A stretch of 64,000 nucleotides of DNA, taken from assembly GCF_009914755.1 (NCBI RefSeq), contig NC_060947.1. The stretch is one strand, 5' to 3'. Positions 41,890-64,000 of this stretch are shown one piece after another. Position 1 is the first letter of the stretch, and every line of letters starts with the position of its first letter. Under the pieces are notes generated by a model. The model did no database searches. It was not told where the DNA came from and saw only the letters and a program-made list of their open reading frames with translations. This DNA is from the human T2T-CHM13v2.0 reference genome, Homo sapiens. The position numbers were made by a program, and so were the translations under genes.

Positions 41890-42999
41890 AAAGCTAATTA
41901 TTCTTATTATTAACCCCCAAATCTTGTAATAGAATGAATGCATAAAAGCTTTGTTCATAGAACTTTTGTTTCTAAATTGCTATTTTATAGCAAATTTTCA
42001 CCTTGGAAAAAATTGAACTCAGAATCTGAATGATCCTACTTCACAAACACAAAAGATTGTGGAAAGCAATATTTCTCAAACTGGGTCTTGAAATCACAGG
42101 TGTGATTTATAAGAAATGTTGACATTTTGTTCCAATGATTATTTAAGTAAAAATTCTATTCTGGAGTGGTATCTCACTACTGAGGAACATTTTAATAAAA
42201 CATGACTTTTCATGGTTTTAGTTATTAGTAAAATAAGACTTTAATGTCATACAAATAAATTAGTGGAGCAATAACTAATTGTGGGAGGTAATAAGATTAA
42301 GAACAGAGAGAATTTCACACATAATTTATGTACTCATGCCAAGTGAATATCAATTAACGCATGGCAAGTGTTGGCTTTACTGTAGTTCAATTTTTAAAAA
42401 ATTATAAAAGGACTGAATAATCTCACAGTACATAGAAGTATAGTAATGCCAAACTTAAATGAACCTGAACAGTAGCATTCATTTACATATTCAAATTACA
42501 CAGTCATCTTTGTATATATAAGTCTCAATTCTTCATTAGTAGTAAGCAATACGTAGCAATTACTTAATAAACTTTTGATAAATACTATTTTTATACTTTA
42601 AGTACTATATGTTAAGATGCTAATAAATTAATTCATCAAAATAATGTATTGTTAAAAACCCTTTTATTATTTGGTTTAAGCAAGTAGCATCATCCATCAC
42701 ATTAAATTAATAGAATTGATTTTATCTAATCTATTTTGTAGCTTTATTTGTAATTTGTGAATTTGTTTTGCATTTTTGCAGTATTTGTATAAAAGTTATA
42801 TAAATAAGGAGTTTATATCTTGCTTATAATTGAATTCATTTAACAACCAAAATAATATAAAATATTTAAATAAACATGTGGGAGTAGATAATATTTTTTT
42901 GAAGGGTAATATTTTTCAAATTTGAAAAACTTTGGGATACCAGTTAAGATCTTGGGTTCTACAGTCAAATAGACTTGAATTCTAATCACTGTTTTTTAC

Positions 43000-43510
43000 T
43001 TTTTAATTATTTTTATAAATAATTTCAACTTTTATTTTAGATTCAGGGGGTACATGTGTAGATTTTTTTACATGGAAATATTGTGTAATGCTGAGGTTTG
43101 GGGTATGGATGATCCAATCAGCCAGGCAGTGAGCATAGTACCCAGTAAATAGTTTTTAACCCTTTTCCTCCCTTCGCCCTTCCCTCCTCTAGTACTGCCC
43201 AGTGTCTGTTGTTCCTATCTTTATGTCCATGTGTATTCAGTTTAGCTCTCACTTATAAGTGAGAACATGTGATGTTTGGTTTTCTGTTTCTGTACTAATT
43301 CACTTAAGATTACGGCTTCTAGCTCCATTCATGTTGCTGCAAAGGACATAATTCCATTCTTTTATATGGTTGTGTAGTATTCCATGGTGTATATGTACCA
43401 AATTTTCTTTATCCAATCCACCATTGATAGACACCTAGGTTGATTCCATGTCTTTGATATTGTGAATAATGCTGCAATGAACATATGAGTGCACATGATT
43501 TTTGGTAGGA
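43000..43510 (-). mobile_element. Old L1PA (about PA15-16) 3' fragment inserted in a MIR
   Basis: L1 3'UTR 'gattcagggggtacatgtgtag...agcatagtacccag'; MIR halves at about 42940-42995 and 43520-43730. Confidence 0.8.
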
Positions 43511-44084
43511 TGCTAATATTTGTTCTAACAGTAGCTAGTATTGAGACTTTGGACAAGTTACTCTACCTTTTTAAATTTCAGTTTCTTCATGTGTTAAACA
43601 GGAATAATAATAGGACTCACCTCATAGGATTGTTGTGAGGATCAAATATTATAATTATGTAAACATTTATCAGAGTCACTAGCATATTTTAAAAACTCAA
43701 AAATGTTAGATATTGATAGTTGTTATTGTGAACAATAACAATCTTTCTCACAGTGAACCTGGATTTGGCCTCAAAATCCTTGTCAACATAATGCTCAGGG
43801 AAGCTATTACAAATCAATTGGTGGTGGTTTTCAAATTGAAACATGTCTGCCAATTGCTAGATTAGCTATCATATCCATGCCATTAAATAAATAATACTCA
43901 ATGCCAGTAATTATTAGAGAAAGTCCTACTATGTATAATTCTGGCAGTAATATATGCTAATCTTTATATTCACTCTATAGAGCTGTAATTTGGGACTTCC
44001 TTGGATCAAGATACCAGTACAATGTTGCTACAAACACTGTTTTGTATTTGGCAAGATTGTTTACCTTTAAATAACAAGCCTATC

Positions 44085-44345
44085 GTTAAGGATATCAAGT
44101 TTCAGTTAGTCAGGAGAAACAGGTTCAAGGCATCTCTTGTACACCATGACTGTAGTTAATAACAATGTATTGTAGACTTAAAAATTGCTAATAGAGTAGA
44201 TTTTAAGTTTTCTCACCCCGCAGAAATGATAAATATGTGAGATAATGCATATGTTAATTAGTTTAATATAGCTATTTCACAAAATGTACATATTTTAAAA
44301 CATCATGTTGAACACCAAAAATATGTAGAATTTTTATGTCAATTA
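44085..44345 (+). mobile_element. L1MA-type 3' end fragment
   Basis: 'gactgtagttaataacaatgtattg...gagtagattttaag...gataatgcatatgttaattag'. Confidence 0.7.
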
Positions 44346-44836
44346 ATACTATTATAAGAATATGATTCCATTTCCAGCAATGTGGCAAACTAAATAACCT
44401 GAAAATCTTCCCTCTATCATACCTTTAGAAATGTGAAATTCTCTTATAATATATTCTTTCTCGGTATATATATATATAATATAAAATATTTAGACATGCA
44501 GTACTTAAATATACAGAAAATATATAGTATTCTCTCTATATATATTGAGAATATATTATAAGACAATTATAAGAGAATGTATTTAAGAGAGTATATATTA
44601 TAAGAGAATTAAGAGCTCACATAAGAGCTCAGAAAAGAATAAAGAAACGCCTATAAGCCCCAAATGGAAAGGAAACTCAAAAATAGTGCAAAATGGTACA
44701 ATTGTAGCTGTCGCTGCCCTGGAGAAAGTTGATTGGTCTCAGTAATCAAAGGAACATGAGTTTTAATGGCCTTGGGTTCACACAAAATGGGAAATTGGAA
44801 TTCCCTAATGATTCTACCTAATGCCAGGAATCATTA

Positions 44837-45304
<468 letters not shown>

Positions 45305-45512
45305 TTACAAATAAAAAGTGTTCTCTAAACATTCATAACAGTAGGCCTGCCTTCACCTGGTTTGGGAACCTGAATTTAGATTATCTGCAACTTACTGCCA
45401 ATAAATTAGAATAAAAATGTCTTTGGTCACAGCCCTTCATTGTTTCACAGAAACAATGTACACCTCAATGAAACAACATGTTCTCAGCTAGGGAAAAGAA
45501 TTCCCTGAAGAC

Positions 45513-45715
45513 TAGTACTTCTCAACATGTGTTCAGGGACCATGAACATCAGCATCACCTGTAACTTGTTAAAAATGCCCAGTCTTGAGCCTCAACCAAG
45601 ACCTACCAAATCAGAACCCTAACCCTAACCCTAAGGAAATGTTGACATCTAACAATCTGTGTTTCAATAAGTCCTTCAGATGATTCTGATTCAAGCTTAA
45701 GTTTGATAACCACTT
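45513..45715 (+). mobile_element. MER5A hAT-Charlie element containing a short telomeric-repeat tract
   Basis: 'catcagcatcacctgtaacttgttaaaaatgc...gattctgattcaagcttaagtttgataaccact'. Confidence 0.8.
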
Positions 45716-45811
45716 TTCTAGATAAAGCCCTACTGAAGATGAACCTACAATTCTAAGTCACAAAACTTTCTAGAAAACAGCATATCATAAGCAACTAAAC
45801 TTCATCTGACC

Positions 45812-46356
45812 TGTAACAGGGTTTGGGACAAACTTCACAATGTTACACTGCATGGGTTAAGAAATAAGGTTTACAAAGAACACTTATATAAACTAAGGAA
45901 ACCTACATATACAAGAGAAGAAGAGGTGTGAGACCACTTTATTCTGGCATCACCAAGGAAGCTTTGCCAAGATCTGAAGGATGTTATTCCATAGGATCTA
46001 TGACCCTGTAAAAGATGATCATTCTCCTGTAATTCTACTGATTTTTAGGGCAAATTGAGGAAATAGTCTTGTTAGTAGATTACCACATAGACTGGCCGAC
46101 ATGAGACTGTCTAGATTTCATGGGCTATATGTATAGAAAAATTTTATTGTGATGCTAGCCACAAAGAATCTGGAAAACTTGGTGTACATGAGTACCTATT
46201 TGGTAGAGGAAAGCATGGGTCTAATGACAAACTGAATGGATGCAAACTCCCTTGCTGGTAAAAGGGAGAGCCCCTGGTTCCAGTGTGATCTTTGTCAAGT
46301 CAACTCAAAGTGAACTCACAGGGTCATTTTCAGACAATCTTGTTCATTGCATCACA
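45812..46356 (-). mobile_element. Unassigned LTR-like insert
   Basis: Minus strand begins TGTGA and ends TTACA, with AATAAA about 130 nt from the 3' end; interrupts the L1M remnant; no clear TSD. Confidence 0.45.
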
Positions 46357-48013
46357 ACTGCTAAAGACAAAATTAATAATCTTGGAGATAAATCTAAGAA
46401 AGGTATTCATAGTACAGCACAGAGAAATGAAGAAAGGGAAAATATGAGAGATTCAGATTCATAGAAAATTGAATTGGAAGGTTCAACATACATGAATTTT
46501 GAATTACAGAGAAGAGAATACATAAAATAGAAGAGTGACAATAGTCAAAGAAAAGGAAGGCTTATATTTTAGCCCATATTATGAAAGACACAAATAATCA
46601 GAATCAAAAATCAGAGTTAAAACTGCAATGATAAATAAAACTAAATCCAAAGCTATGCATATCAGGGTTAAACTGCACACTAAACATAAAAATATCTTAA
46701 AATCAATAAGAGAGGAAAAGCATATTACCTACAAATAAAAAATTAACAGGAGACATCGCAGTAGTAATAGATATTAGAAGTGCATAAAACATCTTCAGTT
46801 TTGAAAGAAAACTACTTAGAATTTTATATCTAGACAAATTATTATTCAAGAGTGATACCAATAAGTAACTATAAAATAAAATTAAAAACAACTCAGTTGA
46901 TGGTATAAAATCAAAGAATAGTAAGGTACTGGAAAATATGGCAAAATGGTAAGTAGTGGTTGAAGTTACAGCATTTTAATGTACTTATTACTCAGAAGGA
47001 GAATAAAAAAAGATAGTGATTGACTTCACATATTGATTGACTTTACACATATAAAGTCAAGTAGGTATGCACATTTTAAAGGGAAATAACAAAACTAATA
47101 TAAATAGACTATCTTTCTACACCAGTAGAGGGAAAATAAGAGAATATAAGGTAGAACAGGAGGCAAAAGAATGTATAGAAAAAAGAGGACAAGTAGAAAG
47201 CACATGGTAAGATAGTAGAAATAAATATATTCATATTTGTCATCACAATACATATAAATGGACTAAACTCACTAATTAAAAGGCGAGTATTGATGGGTTG
47301 GGCAAAAAACAAATGTATTTATAAATTATTCATGAGAGATACATCTAAAACACAGGTACATGGAAAGATTCAATGTGAAGAGACAGAAATGGACATGCAG
47401 GCAAATTATACAAAAGAAGGCTGTTGAGACTATCTTAATATTAGACAAAGCAAATTTTAAGGCAAAAAACACTAGAAATAAAGGGGGTCAATGCACAATG
47501 ATAAAATGAACAATGTATCAGGACTATAGCAGTTTTAAAAGTTGAATGCATTTAAGAGCATAGCCTGAAAATATTCACAAAAAAATTGAAATAATTATAA
47601 GAAGAATTTGACAATTCACAATCATAGTGGAGTATTTTCACCCTTCTTTCTCAAGGACACATACTAAAGTATCTCCATGATATTCCATCAGTTTTTCTTA
47701 TTTCATTCTATTAGCATGATAAATTTTTAAGGTTTAACAGAAAGAAAATTTAACTAAATGATATAGGAAGTTACTTCAGTATGATAGGATTGTGGTTTAT
47801 TACTTTTCTCTTTAATTTTAGGATTGTTCCAATCTCTTATAATTCATACATATTATTTATATAAGTAAAATAAACTAATAAAATTTTACCTTGAAAATAA
47901 ACAAAAAGTAAAAATAATTATTTCTCTAGCATATAGCATAATGCTTAGCACAGATTAGGCTTTCATTTAGAAATGATTGAACTACACTCAAGATCATTTG
48001 AAAGACACTGTGG

Positions 48014-48208
48014 TGGAAGGGGAACATCACACACCGGGGCCTGTAGTGGGGTGGGGGGAGGGGGAGGGATAACATTAGGAGATATGCCTAATTTTAAATG
48101 ACGAGTTAATGGGTGCGCACACCAACATGGCACATGTATACATATGTAACAAACCTGCACGTTGTGCACATGTACTCTAAAACTTAAAGTATAATTAAAA
48201 AAAAGAAA
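48014..48208 (+). mobile_element. Short L1PA (about PA4-5) 3' end
   Basis: L1 3'UTR with G-rich tract; TSD gaaagacactgtgg at 48000-48013 and 48209-48222. Confidence 0.92.
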
Positions 48209-48611
48209 GAAAGACACTGTGGCAATATGTAATAGAAAGAACACTCTTCTAGGAGACTTGGGTTTAGTAGAGCTCTGCCATTTACTATCTATATAGTCTT
48301 CAGAAATTCACAGTATAAGCTACATTTGCCTTTAAATGTATAGAATAAATTCTTTGCTGACAACCTCAAAAAACCATGATACTCAAATGAGATAATGTAT
48401 GTAAACATGTCCTGGAAACAATAAAATTCGACAAAATGCAGCCTACTGTTAAAAGTACACTCAGCTGAATAGGAGTTCATTCATCAGTTGTCATCACCCC
48501 TTTTATGCAGTAAAGCCCTGGCCATGAAAACCCTGCTGTATTTCAACAAAGAAACCGGATACAATACACAGTGTCAAGGAGTAACAAGTCCTGGTGAGTA
48601 TCATTATAGGT

Positions 48612-49057
48612 GGTTACTATAGTTTAGATATTTGCTCCAAAAATCTCTTGTTGAAATTTAATTCTAATATTGGAGTTAGGGATTAATGGGAAGTGTTTGA
48701 ATCATGGGGGGCAGATGCCTCATGAATAGGTTAATGCCCTCCTTGGCAGAGGTGGGGAGTAGGTGGGCAGGTGGGTGAGTGAGATCTTACTCTTCCTAGT
48801 TCCCAAGACAGTTGGTTGTTGTTAAAAAGAGTTTGGCACCTTTCTCCCCTCTGTCTTGCTTCTGCTGTCACCATGTGATCTCTGTAAATTCCAGCTCGTC
48901 TTTGCCTTCTGTCATGAGGAGAAGCAGCTGGACGCCCTCACCTGATGCCCAATTTTGAACTTTCCAGGCAGCAGAACTGAGCTGAATAAGTCTATTTGCT
49001 TTTTAAATTACCCAGCTTCAGGTGTTCATTTATAGCAACACTAAACTAGCAAAGACA
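48612..49057 (+). mobile_element. MSTB-like MaLR solo LTR
   Basis: 'tactatagtttagatatttgctcc...aaattacccagcttcaggtgttcatttatagcaacac...aagaca'. Confidence 0.85.
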
Positions 49058-49799
49058 GTGGCTCACGTAGAAATGGCAGTAAGGCAGGCATTGTTCTGAT
49101 TTACTCAGATCTAGCCAGGTGGTCTTGTTGGATCAGCAATACAACAAATAGGGTTCCTCCAGAATTTTTCCCACAATATCAAGTAGAGAAGATTGCTGGG
49201 AACTGAGCCCATTGTGCAGCTTTATCAAATAGTATGATTTCAGTGACATGGGGAAGACAGTAGTAGTAATATTAACGAAAGTAAATCCTAATACAATATT
49301 TACTATGCACTTCTCACATTTCACAGAATACATCTGAATAAAATAAGAGTATTCCCCTTTCTGTTTTGAGTGGTGGATTTGGCTAAGCAAGCAGAGTTCC
49401 TCTGTGGGGTAGGAGAGATAATGAGCAGAAATGGAAGGACAAGTAGGCTGAACTTAGCTCTGAAGCTCAAAAACTGTATGCCATGGAATGCTGACACTCA
49501 AGGAGTTCCATCCTCATCTTTTCTGAATTTGGGAAGGAGGTTGGAGGCAGTGGAACACTATCTGCCATCTTTTGAAGTAAACACAACACCATCACCACTA
49601 TCACTATCACCTCCATCCCTACTAGTTCTGTTTGCAAAAGCAATAAGCTCATATCAAGACCTAATTTCCCAAATAGTGTCACCTTTTGATCCTTTGACCA
49701 TTGCACATTTTGTTAGCTTCTTTGACTTACTGGAAGGCTGCTTTCTCAATCCAAATCTTCCCTAATACTACTTAAAGTGTTTGCTGAAGCCAATAAATT

Positions 49800-50577
49800 C
49801 CAAATATAGTTTACATCTATCTAATTGGCTTAAGATTTCTATCTGTGGTCTTGTTTCAATTTTATGACTAAACTTTAAAGTGGTTTCTTAGAACTTTCAG
49901 GTGATCCTACTATAATTCTTAGTCTATCTTCATCCTCTTTTCCCCTGATTCAAGCAATTATTTCACACCCTTGCAAGCATCTAATATTGTCTCCCCTGTC
50001 CTCACTCTCAACTGATTAGCCTCTTATTTCATAGAAGAAATACAGGCTATCTTAAGAGACCTACTGCAAATCCTAACACCGCATTTACCCATCTAACTAA
50101 ATCTGCACCCACATAATCTGCTTTACTGCAATTATGGATTTTGCTCCTGCAAATAACTTTTCTCTCCTACATCATCAATTTATTCCTATACAATATGTCC
50201 TCAACCTACAAACATGCTGAAATAGCTCACATCTTAAACAATATCATCATCAACAAAATTCCCTAAACCCCAAATTTCATATCGGTTACCACTTCTTCAC
50301 TTCTTATCTGTGATAACCTTCGTAGCAACCCCCACCTTTAAAAGTGTTGTCTACACATAATTCTCTTTAGTTTTCCACATCTCATTGTTTTCTAAATACA
50401 TTCTAATTAAGTTTTGTTCCCAGCACTTCATTGAAACCACATATTGTGGTCCCCAATGACCTCCACATTTTTTTAAAACCTAGGGTCAATTCTCATCCTA
50501 ATTTTATTTGTTTTTTTCAGTAGCATTTGACACAATATATCACTTTTCCTGTTCATGAAGCACATTCTTCACCTAGT
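49800..50577 (+). mobile_element. L2 LINE relic
   Basis: 'gtccccaatgacctccacatt...ggtcaattctcatcct...gcatttgacaca' resembles L2 ORF2. Confidence 0.65.
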
Positions 50578-50582
50578 TTGAT

Positions 50583-51548
<966 letters not shown>

Positions 51549-52920
51549 GACAACTGATTTTTGATATGTGAAGTCAACACCAATTTTCTGTTTTCTTATT
51601 TAATCTTCCAATCAATTAACTATTAAATGTGATGCTGTGTGGGTTCCAATGCATATAGAGCCTGGCACCATATTGGTGTTATATTAATGTTAAATAGCAG
51701 CAACATTAAAACCACATAACCCTGTAAGTCATTATAAAGAATGAGTCATCACTCCTTGATTTAAATGAACTTAAAACATTTTATGCATTTAAAGGTTTGA
51801 GGGATTTTCTATTAATGCTTATGGGAATAAATGTTAAGCTTTTAGTTAAAAAACGTGTTACATCTCAAGCAGGGAAAAATAATGGATAGCATAAAACACA
51901 AAGAAGGGAATACATTTTAAAATTGCTTTTAATTTTCTTGATGAGTTAAATCTCAAGAGGGAATCAGCATGAAATACCCACTACATGTTGTTTCAATTAG
52001 AATAAACTAAAGAAAGATTGGTTGTCTTCATCAGGCATCAAATATTGTATACAAAGTTAGTATTTTACTTGCAAAATGTTTATTAATTATATGGTCTTCC
52101 TTTAAAGTTATATATGAAGATCTACTCAGATAAGATGCTGCCATTACTCAGAATTAAAATTTCAGCAAGTGTGCTTTATTTCAGCAAGGACACTGGCACT
52201 CAGTAGGTAGGTGTTTGTTACACATGCATAAAGGTACCCATATAATATATACCATACCAAAAAAGAATGCACTAAAAACACATTTTCTTAATTGTGTTTA
52301 TGCCACATTGCCAGAGATTTGCTTTCCTTGAATGACATCCATCTTCCATGCTATTGCTTTTGCCCTTAGGAACATAGATTGCTTCTGGACTTGACTTGAA
52401 AATATGGCTACATTTGTCCTAATTCTATTTCTTCTCAAGATACAGGTGACTTGAGAAAAAAACAACAGATCTAGAAAGCAGAAAGAGAAAGTCTTTTCTT
52501 CTTTTCTCCACCCCATTGGTGCCATCCAGAAACGGAGTGTTGATATTTATTATTTGGATCAAAAAGGAACTAGACCTGACTCATAGATGCTTCAACATTA
52601 TAGAGTAGTGTATTTGTATTCTAGGGCTGCTGTAACAAACTGTATGACTTAAATAACAGAAATTTATTGTTGCATAGTTCTGTAGGCTAGATGTCTGAGA
52701 ACAGGGTGTTGGCAGGTCCATTTTTCCTTTGAAGACACAAGGGAAAGATCTGTTCCAAATTTGTCTCCTAGCTTTTGGCAGCATAACTCCAGTCTTCATA
52801 TGGCATTATCCCTGTGGGTTCAAATTTCCTTTTTTTATGAGGACAACAGTCATAGCCATTTAGGGGCCCAGCCTACCCCAGTATGACCTCATCATAACTT
52901 AACTAATTAAAACTGTGATG

Positions 52921-60106
<7,186 letters not shown>

Positions 60107-60297
60107 AAAACTGGGATGGCCTTATTTCCAAATAAAGTCACATTCTGAGATACTGTAGATTAGGACTTTAAATGTATGAATTTGGCAGGGGGCACAATTC
60201 AAACTATAACAGGTAAAAACTAATAATAGCAGTTATAAATTTAATCATATACAATTTTCCAGACCCTATGTTTAGATATTTAGGTAGAGTATTTCAT

Positions 60298-60900
60298 TTT
60301 TTTAACTTTTATTTTAAGTTCAGGGGTACATGTACAGGCTTGTTAGATAGGTAAACTTGTGTCATGGAGGTTTATTGTACAAAGTATTTCATCACCCAGG
60401 AATTAAGTCTAGTACTCATTAGTTATTTTTCCTGATCTTCTCCCTTCTTCCACCCTCCAACCTCTGATAGGCCCCAGTGTGTGTTGTTCCCTCTGTGTGT
60501 CCATGTGTTCTCAGCATTTAGCTGCCACTTGTAAGCGAGAACATGCAGTATGTGGTTTTCTGTTTTTGTGTTAGTTTGCTAAAGATAATGGCCTCCAGCT
60601 TCATCCATGTCCCTGCAAAAGACATGGTCTCTTTATTTATGGTTGCATAGTATTCCATCATCTACAAGTTCCACATTGTCTTTATCCAGACTATGATTGA
60701 TGGGCGTTTAAGCTGATTCCATGTCTTTGCTATTGTGAATAGTGTTGCAATGAACATGCACATACATGTGGCTTTATGATATAATGAATTATATTCCTCT
60801 GGGTATATACCCATTAATAGGATTGCTGGGTTGAATGGTATTTCTGTTTTTAGGTATTTGAGGAATTGCCACATTGTCTTCTACAATGGTTGAACTAATT
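60298..60900 (-). mobile_element. L1PA13-like 3' fragment inserted in a MIR
   Basis: L1 3'UTR 'ggtaaacttgtgtcatggaggtttattgtac'; MIR text resumes at about 60903. Confidence 0.82.
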
Positions 60901-62249
60901 TAGATGAAATATCTCATTTAATTTCTGCAACCACTATATTATTTAGTTACTATTAATGCTCACATCTTATAAAAGATGAACTGAGGCACTGAGAACCTAA
61001 GCTCAAGTTAGCAAGTGACTGTGCCAGGATTGAAACCCAAGTAATCTGTTACCATGACCTCCACTATTAACCATTATAGACTTCTGAAAACCTAATAATG
61101 TATATTTCCTTTGAACTATGATGCATACACAGTCCATTACTTCCTTTAAAAATCCACGCTACTTGGGGCACACACAAACAGCTGCACCATCCAGAGATTA
61201 TGTCCCTTACTGCATATAGTCTGAACAGTGGTAATATACTGCTTTGTGGCATTTTATTTTGCACTCTGGGGGTTATCTAATTTTTCCAGCCAGGGCATAC
61301 ACTACTCTAGGTCAGGGAGTATGCCTTCTACTTCTTTTTTTATATCGCACAGAGATTAGCACATTGTTGACTGTCAATAACTAGTTGTTAGGAGAAAAGT
61401 ATGCAAGAAAACAAGCTGTTTTGAGTATGTTCTCATTAATGGGTAGAAGACCGATTTTTCAAAATGTCCATATAAAACGAAATCTGTAGCAACAGCTACC
61501 ATAAGGTTAGTGTTAATACGTAAATACTCTTCAATGATGATACCCTAGTGCAAGGCTTTGCAATTTACTGAATTTTTGGCCTTAAGCCATGGTTCCTCTA
61601 CTAACCAATCATGAGTTACTAAGTAGATCAAAATATTTATCCATAATTCTTTAATTTGGATTTTCATAATGTACATTTAAGGCAAAAATGTCATCTTTTT
61701 TTGCAGATTTTGAAGTAAAATGTAGGTATCTTTTTTAATTTTAGTATGACTTAGCAATTTTACTTTTCAATTATTGTTATTTACCTCACTAGATTGTTAT
61801 CAGAATAGCTTTACCTGAATCAAACAAAAGAAAGGAAATAAATTAAAAGTACTTTGAAACTCACGTGGGTTTTATTGCTGGTAATTCTATTAGTTTGTTT
61901 GGAGTCCAGGTAGGTCTTCCCCCATGTTTTTAGAGCCTCAGTTTCTCCCCATGTAAAGACAGAACTCTACCACCAGTTTTGCTTAACTCAAAGGGCCTTG
62001 TAAATGATGAAGCATAATGAAGCACACAGAGAAGGGATTATCAATATTACTGCTTCATTAAAACCCATCTCTAATATTTCATGTCTTTAGAGGAATAATC
62101 TAAATTTAAAGTTCAGATTGATAGCGAATAAAGAATAGTTATATCGGGATGGAAAGCACCTGCCATCTAACAACAACAAAAAAAGAAATCATGCCTAAGC
62201 TCTACCTGAAAATAGCTGCTTATATTGAATGAACATTCACAAATAATAA

Positions 62250-62604
<355 letters not shown>

Positions 62605-63344
62605 ACACTTCTTATAATTCTTTTTTCACATTGTATTTATTTATTTATTTATTTATTTATTTATTATCATAAAGAATAAAAGAGCACTTACCCAGATCTT
62701 TAAAATATGTGTGGCTCATAAAGAGGGAGACATATACTCTAACTCACTTTATGATGTTGGGGGCCAGACTGGCCTACAACTTGAAGAAAAAAAAAGGATG
62801 TTCACACAGACTATATTTAGCATACTTTATGAGGAGAAAGATAAAAACAACAATTATCACAGATACGAAGTTAAGGACATAGCTCTAAGGTTAGCTTTAA
62901 AAAAAAACTCAGGAAAACACATATTAATAAGAAATAAAAATGTGATTTTAAAAATTCCAATTTTTTTCAGTGTTACCAAAGCCACTCTGTTGTTTCTTTT
63001 TCCCAAAATCTCTACTGGCAGTGTACAGATTATTATCCCACATAACAAAATGAGGCAGCTGAAGCCCAGGGAGAGGGAATGGCTTGCAAAATCAACAGAT
63101 ATCTAATAAAAGAACAGCTCTAGAACCCTATTCTTCTTAGAAGCAGAATTATCTAATTCTCTATTCAGAAAAGAGATCTCAGAAAAAAGGTTCTTGTTGG
63201 TAAAGAGTACACGGGCCTAAGAAGCCCAATTCCCTACTGCAACTGCCTCTCAAAGTCTTAGCAGTCTCCTGTTTTTAATTTCTGAAGTTCTCAGGAGGTT
63301 CTAAAAAATCTTAACCATTTTTCTACTCTTCCACACAGAAGTAG

Positions 63345-64000
63345 TGATACAGGAGTGCTGAGAAGGGAAATCCGCGGTCACTTTAAATGATATGGAAAGG
63401 AGAAGGGAAGTGCTGGGTAGAGGAGGGTGTGGTCCCTGGCTAGGGCTCCACCCTCATGGACCTAGGTGAGGATAGGCATTTTCTGCCCAAATCTTGCATT
63501 TCCCGAGACCACCCTGGCCTGCCACGCCTATAAAAAAAAAACCCTGAGACCGTAGCAGGCAGACATAGGTGGCCGGACATCAAAAGGAGCATATCAGTGG
63601 AAGAAAACACAAACACGCTGGGGGAAAGAGCATATGGACAGACGCAGGCAGGCTGGCAGACCGGCGGGAGGAGGCAGAGTTTAGCCCGGACAATCGGAGG
63701 AGAGCCGGGGTCACAGAGCAGCCCAACTCCAGGGGAAGACCATCTGCCTTCTGGCTCTTCTATCTGCTGAGAGCTACTTCCACTCAATAAAACTGTACAC
63801 TCATTCTCCAAGCCCAGGTGTGATCTGATTATTCTGGTACACCAAGGCAAGAACCTGGGATACAGAAAACCCTCTGTCCTTGCGACAAGGTAGAGGGTCT
63901 AACTGAGCTTGTCAACACAAGCTGCCTGTAGATGGCAAACTAAAAGAGAACCCTGTAACACATGCCCACTGGGGCTTCAGCTGTAAACATTCACTCCTAG
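63345..64000 (+). mobile_element. LTR1-family ERV1 LTR, cut by the window end
   Basis: Starts tgatacaggagtgctgagaagggaa...tttaaatgata; reverse-complement homologue of 57706-58544. Confidence 0.8.

Noticed and set aside
42066-42935. Possible Charlie-type DNA transposon (tttctcaaactg ... tttgaaaaac)
   Set aside because: Termini too degenerate to call without a Dfam search
49370-49765. 131-aa ORF
   Set aside because: GTG start, no recognisable homology, low-complexity centre, next to an L2 relic

Overview
Eukaryotic, AT-rich and very repeat-dense primate genomic DNA, almost certainly human: it holds a full-length L1HS with the human-specific pre-Ta diagnostics. I recognise no host protein-coding exon, RNA gene or CRISPR array, and no new multi-gene system. 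Main content: (1) a full-length pre-Ta L1HS (11975-18011, 16-bp TSD) with intact ORF1, an ORF2 split by a 4-bp deletion into 1074-aa and 200-aa ORFs that overlap by ATGA, and a prematurely stopped ORF0; (2) a nested stack in an old L1MB4-like element (about 25.5-41.3 kb) containing a POMP processed pseudogene with an AluY, a full-length L1PA8-10-like element that appears to carry a ~0.9-kb 3' transduction, and inside that a twin-primed L1PA2 with a 104-nt 3' transduction; (3) three co-oriented MER45-family hAT elements; (4) many Alu, MIR, L2, MaLR and ERV LTR relics; (5) several small DNA-repair or template-switch scars. Repeat family names come from recalled consensus sequences, not from a database search, and the boundaries of old elements are approximate.
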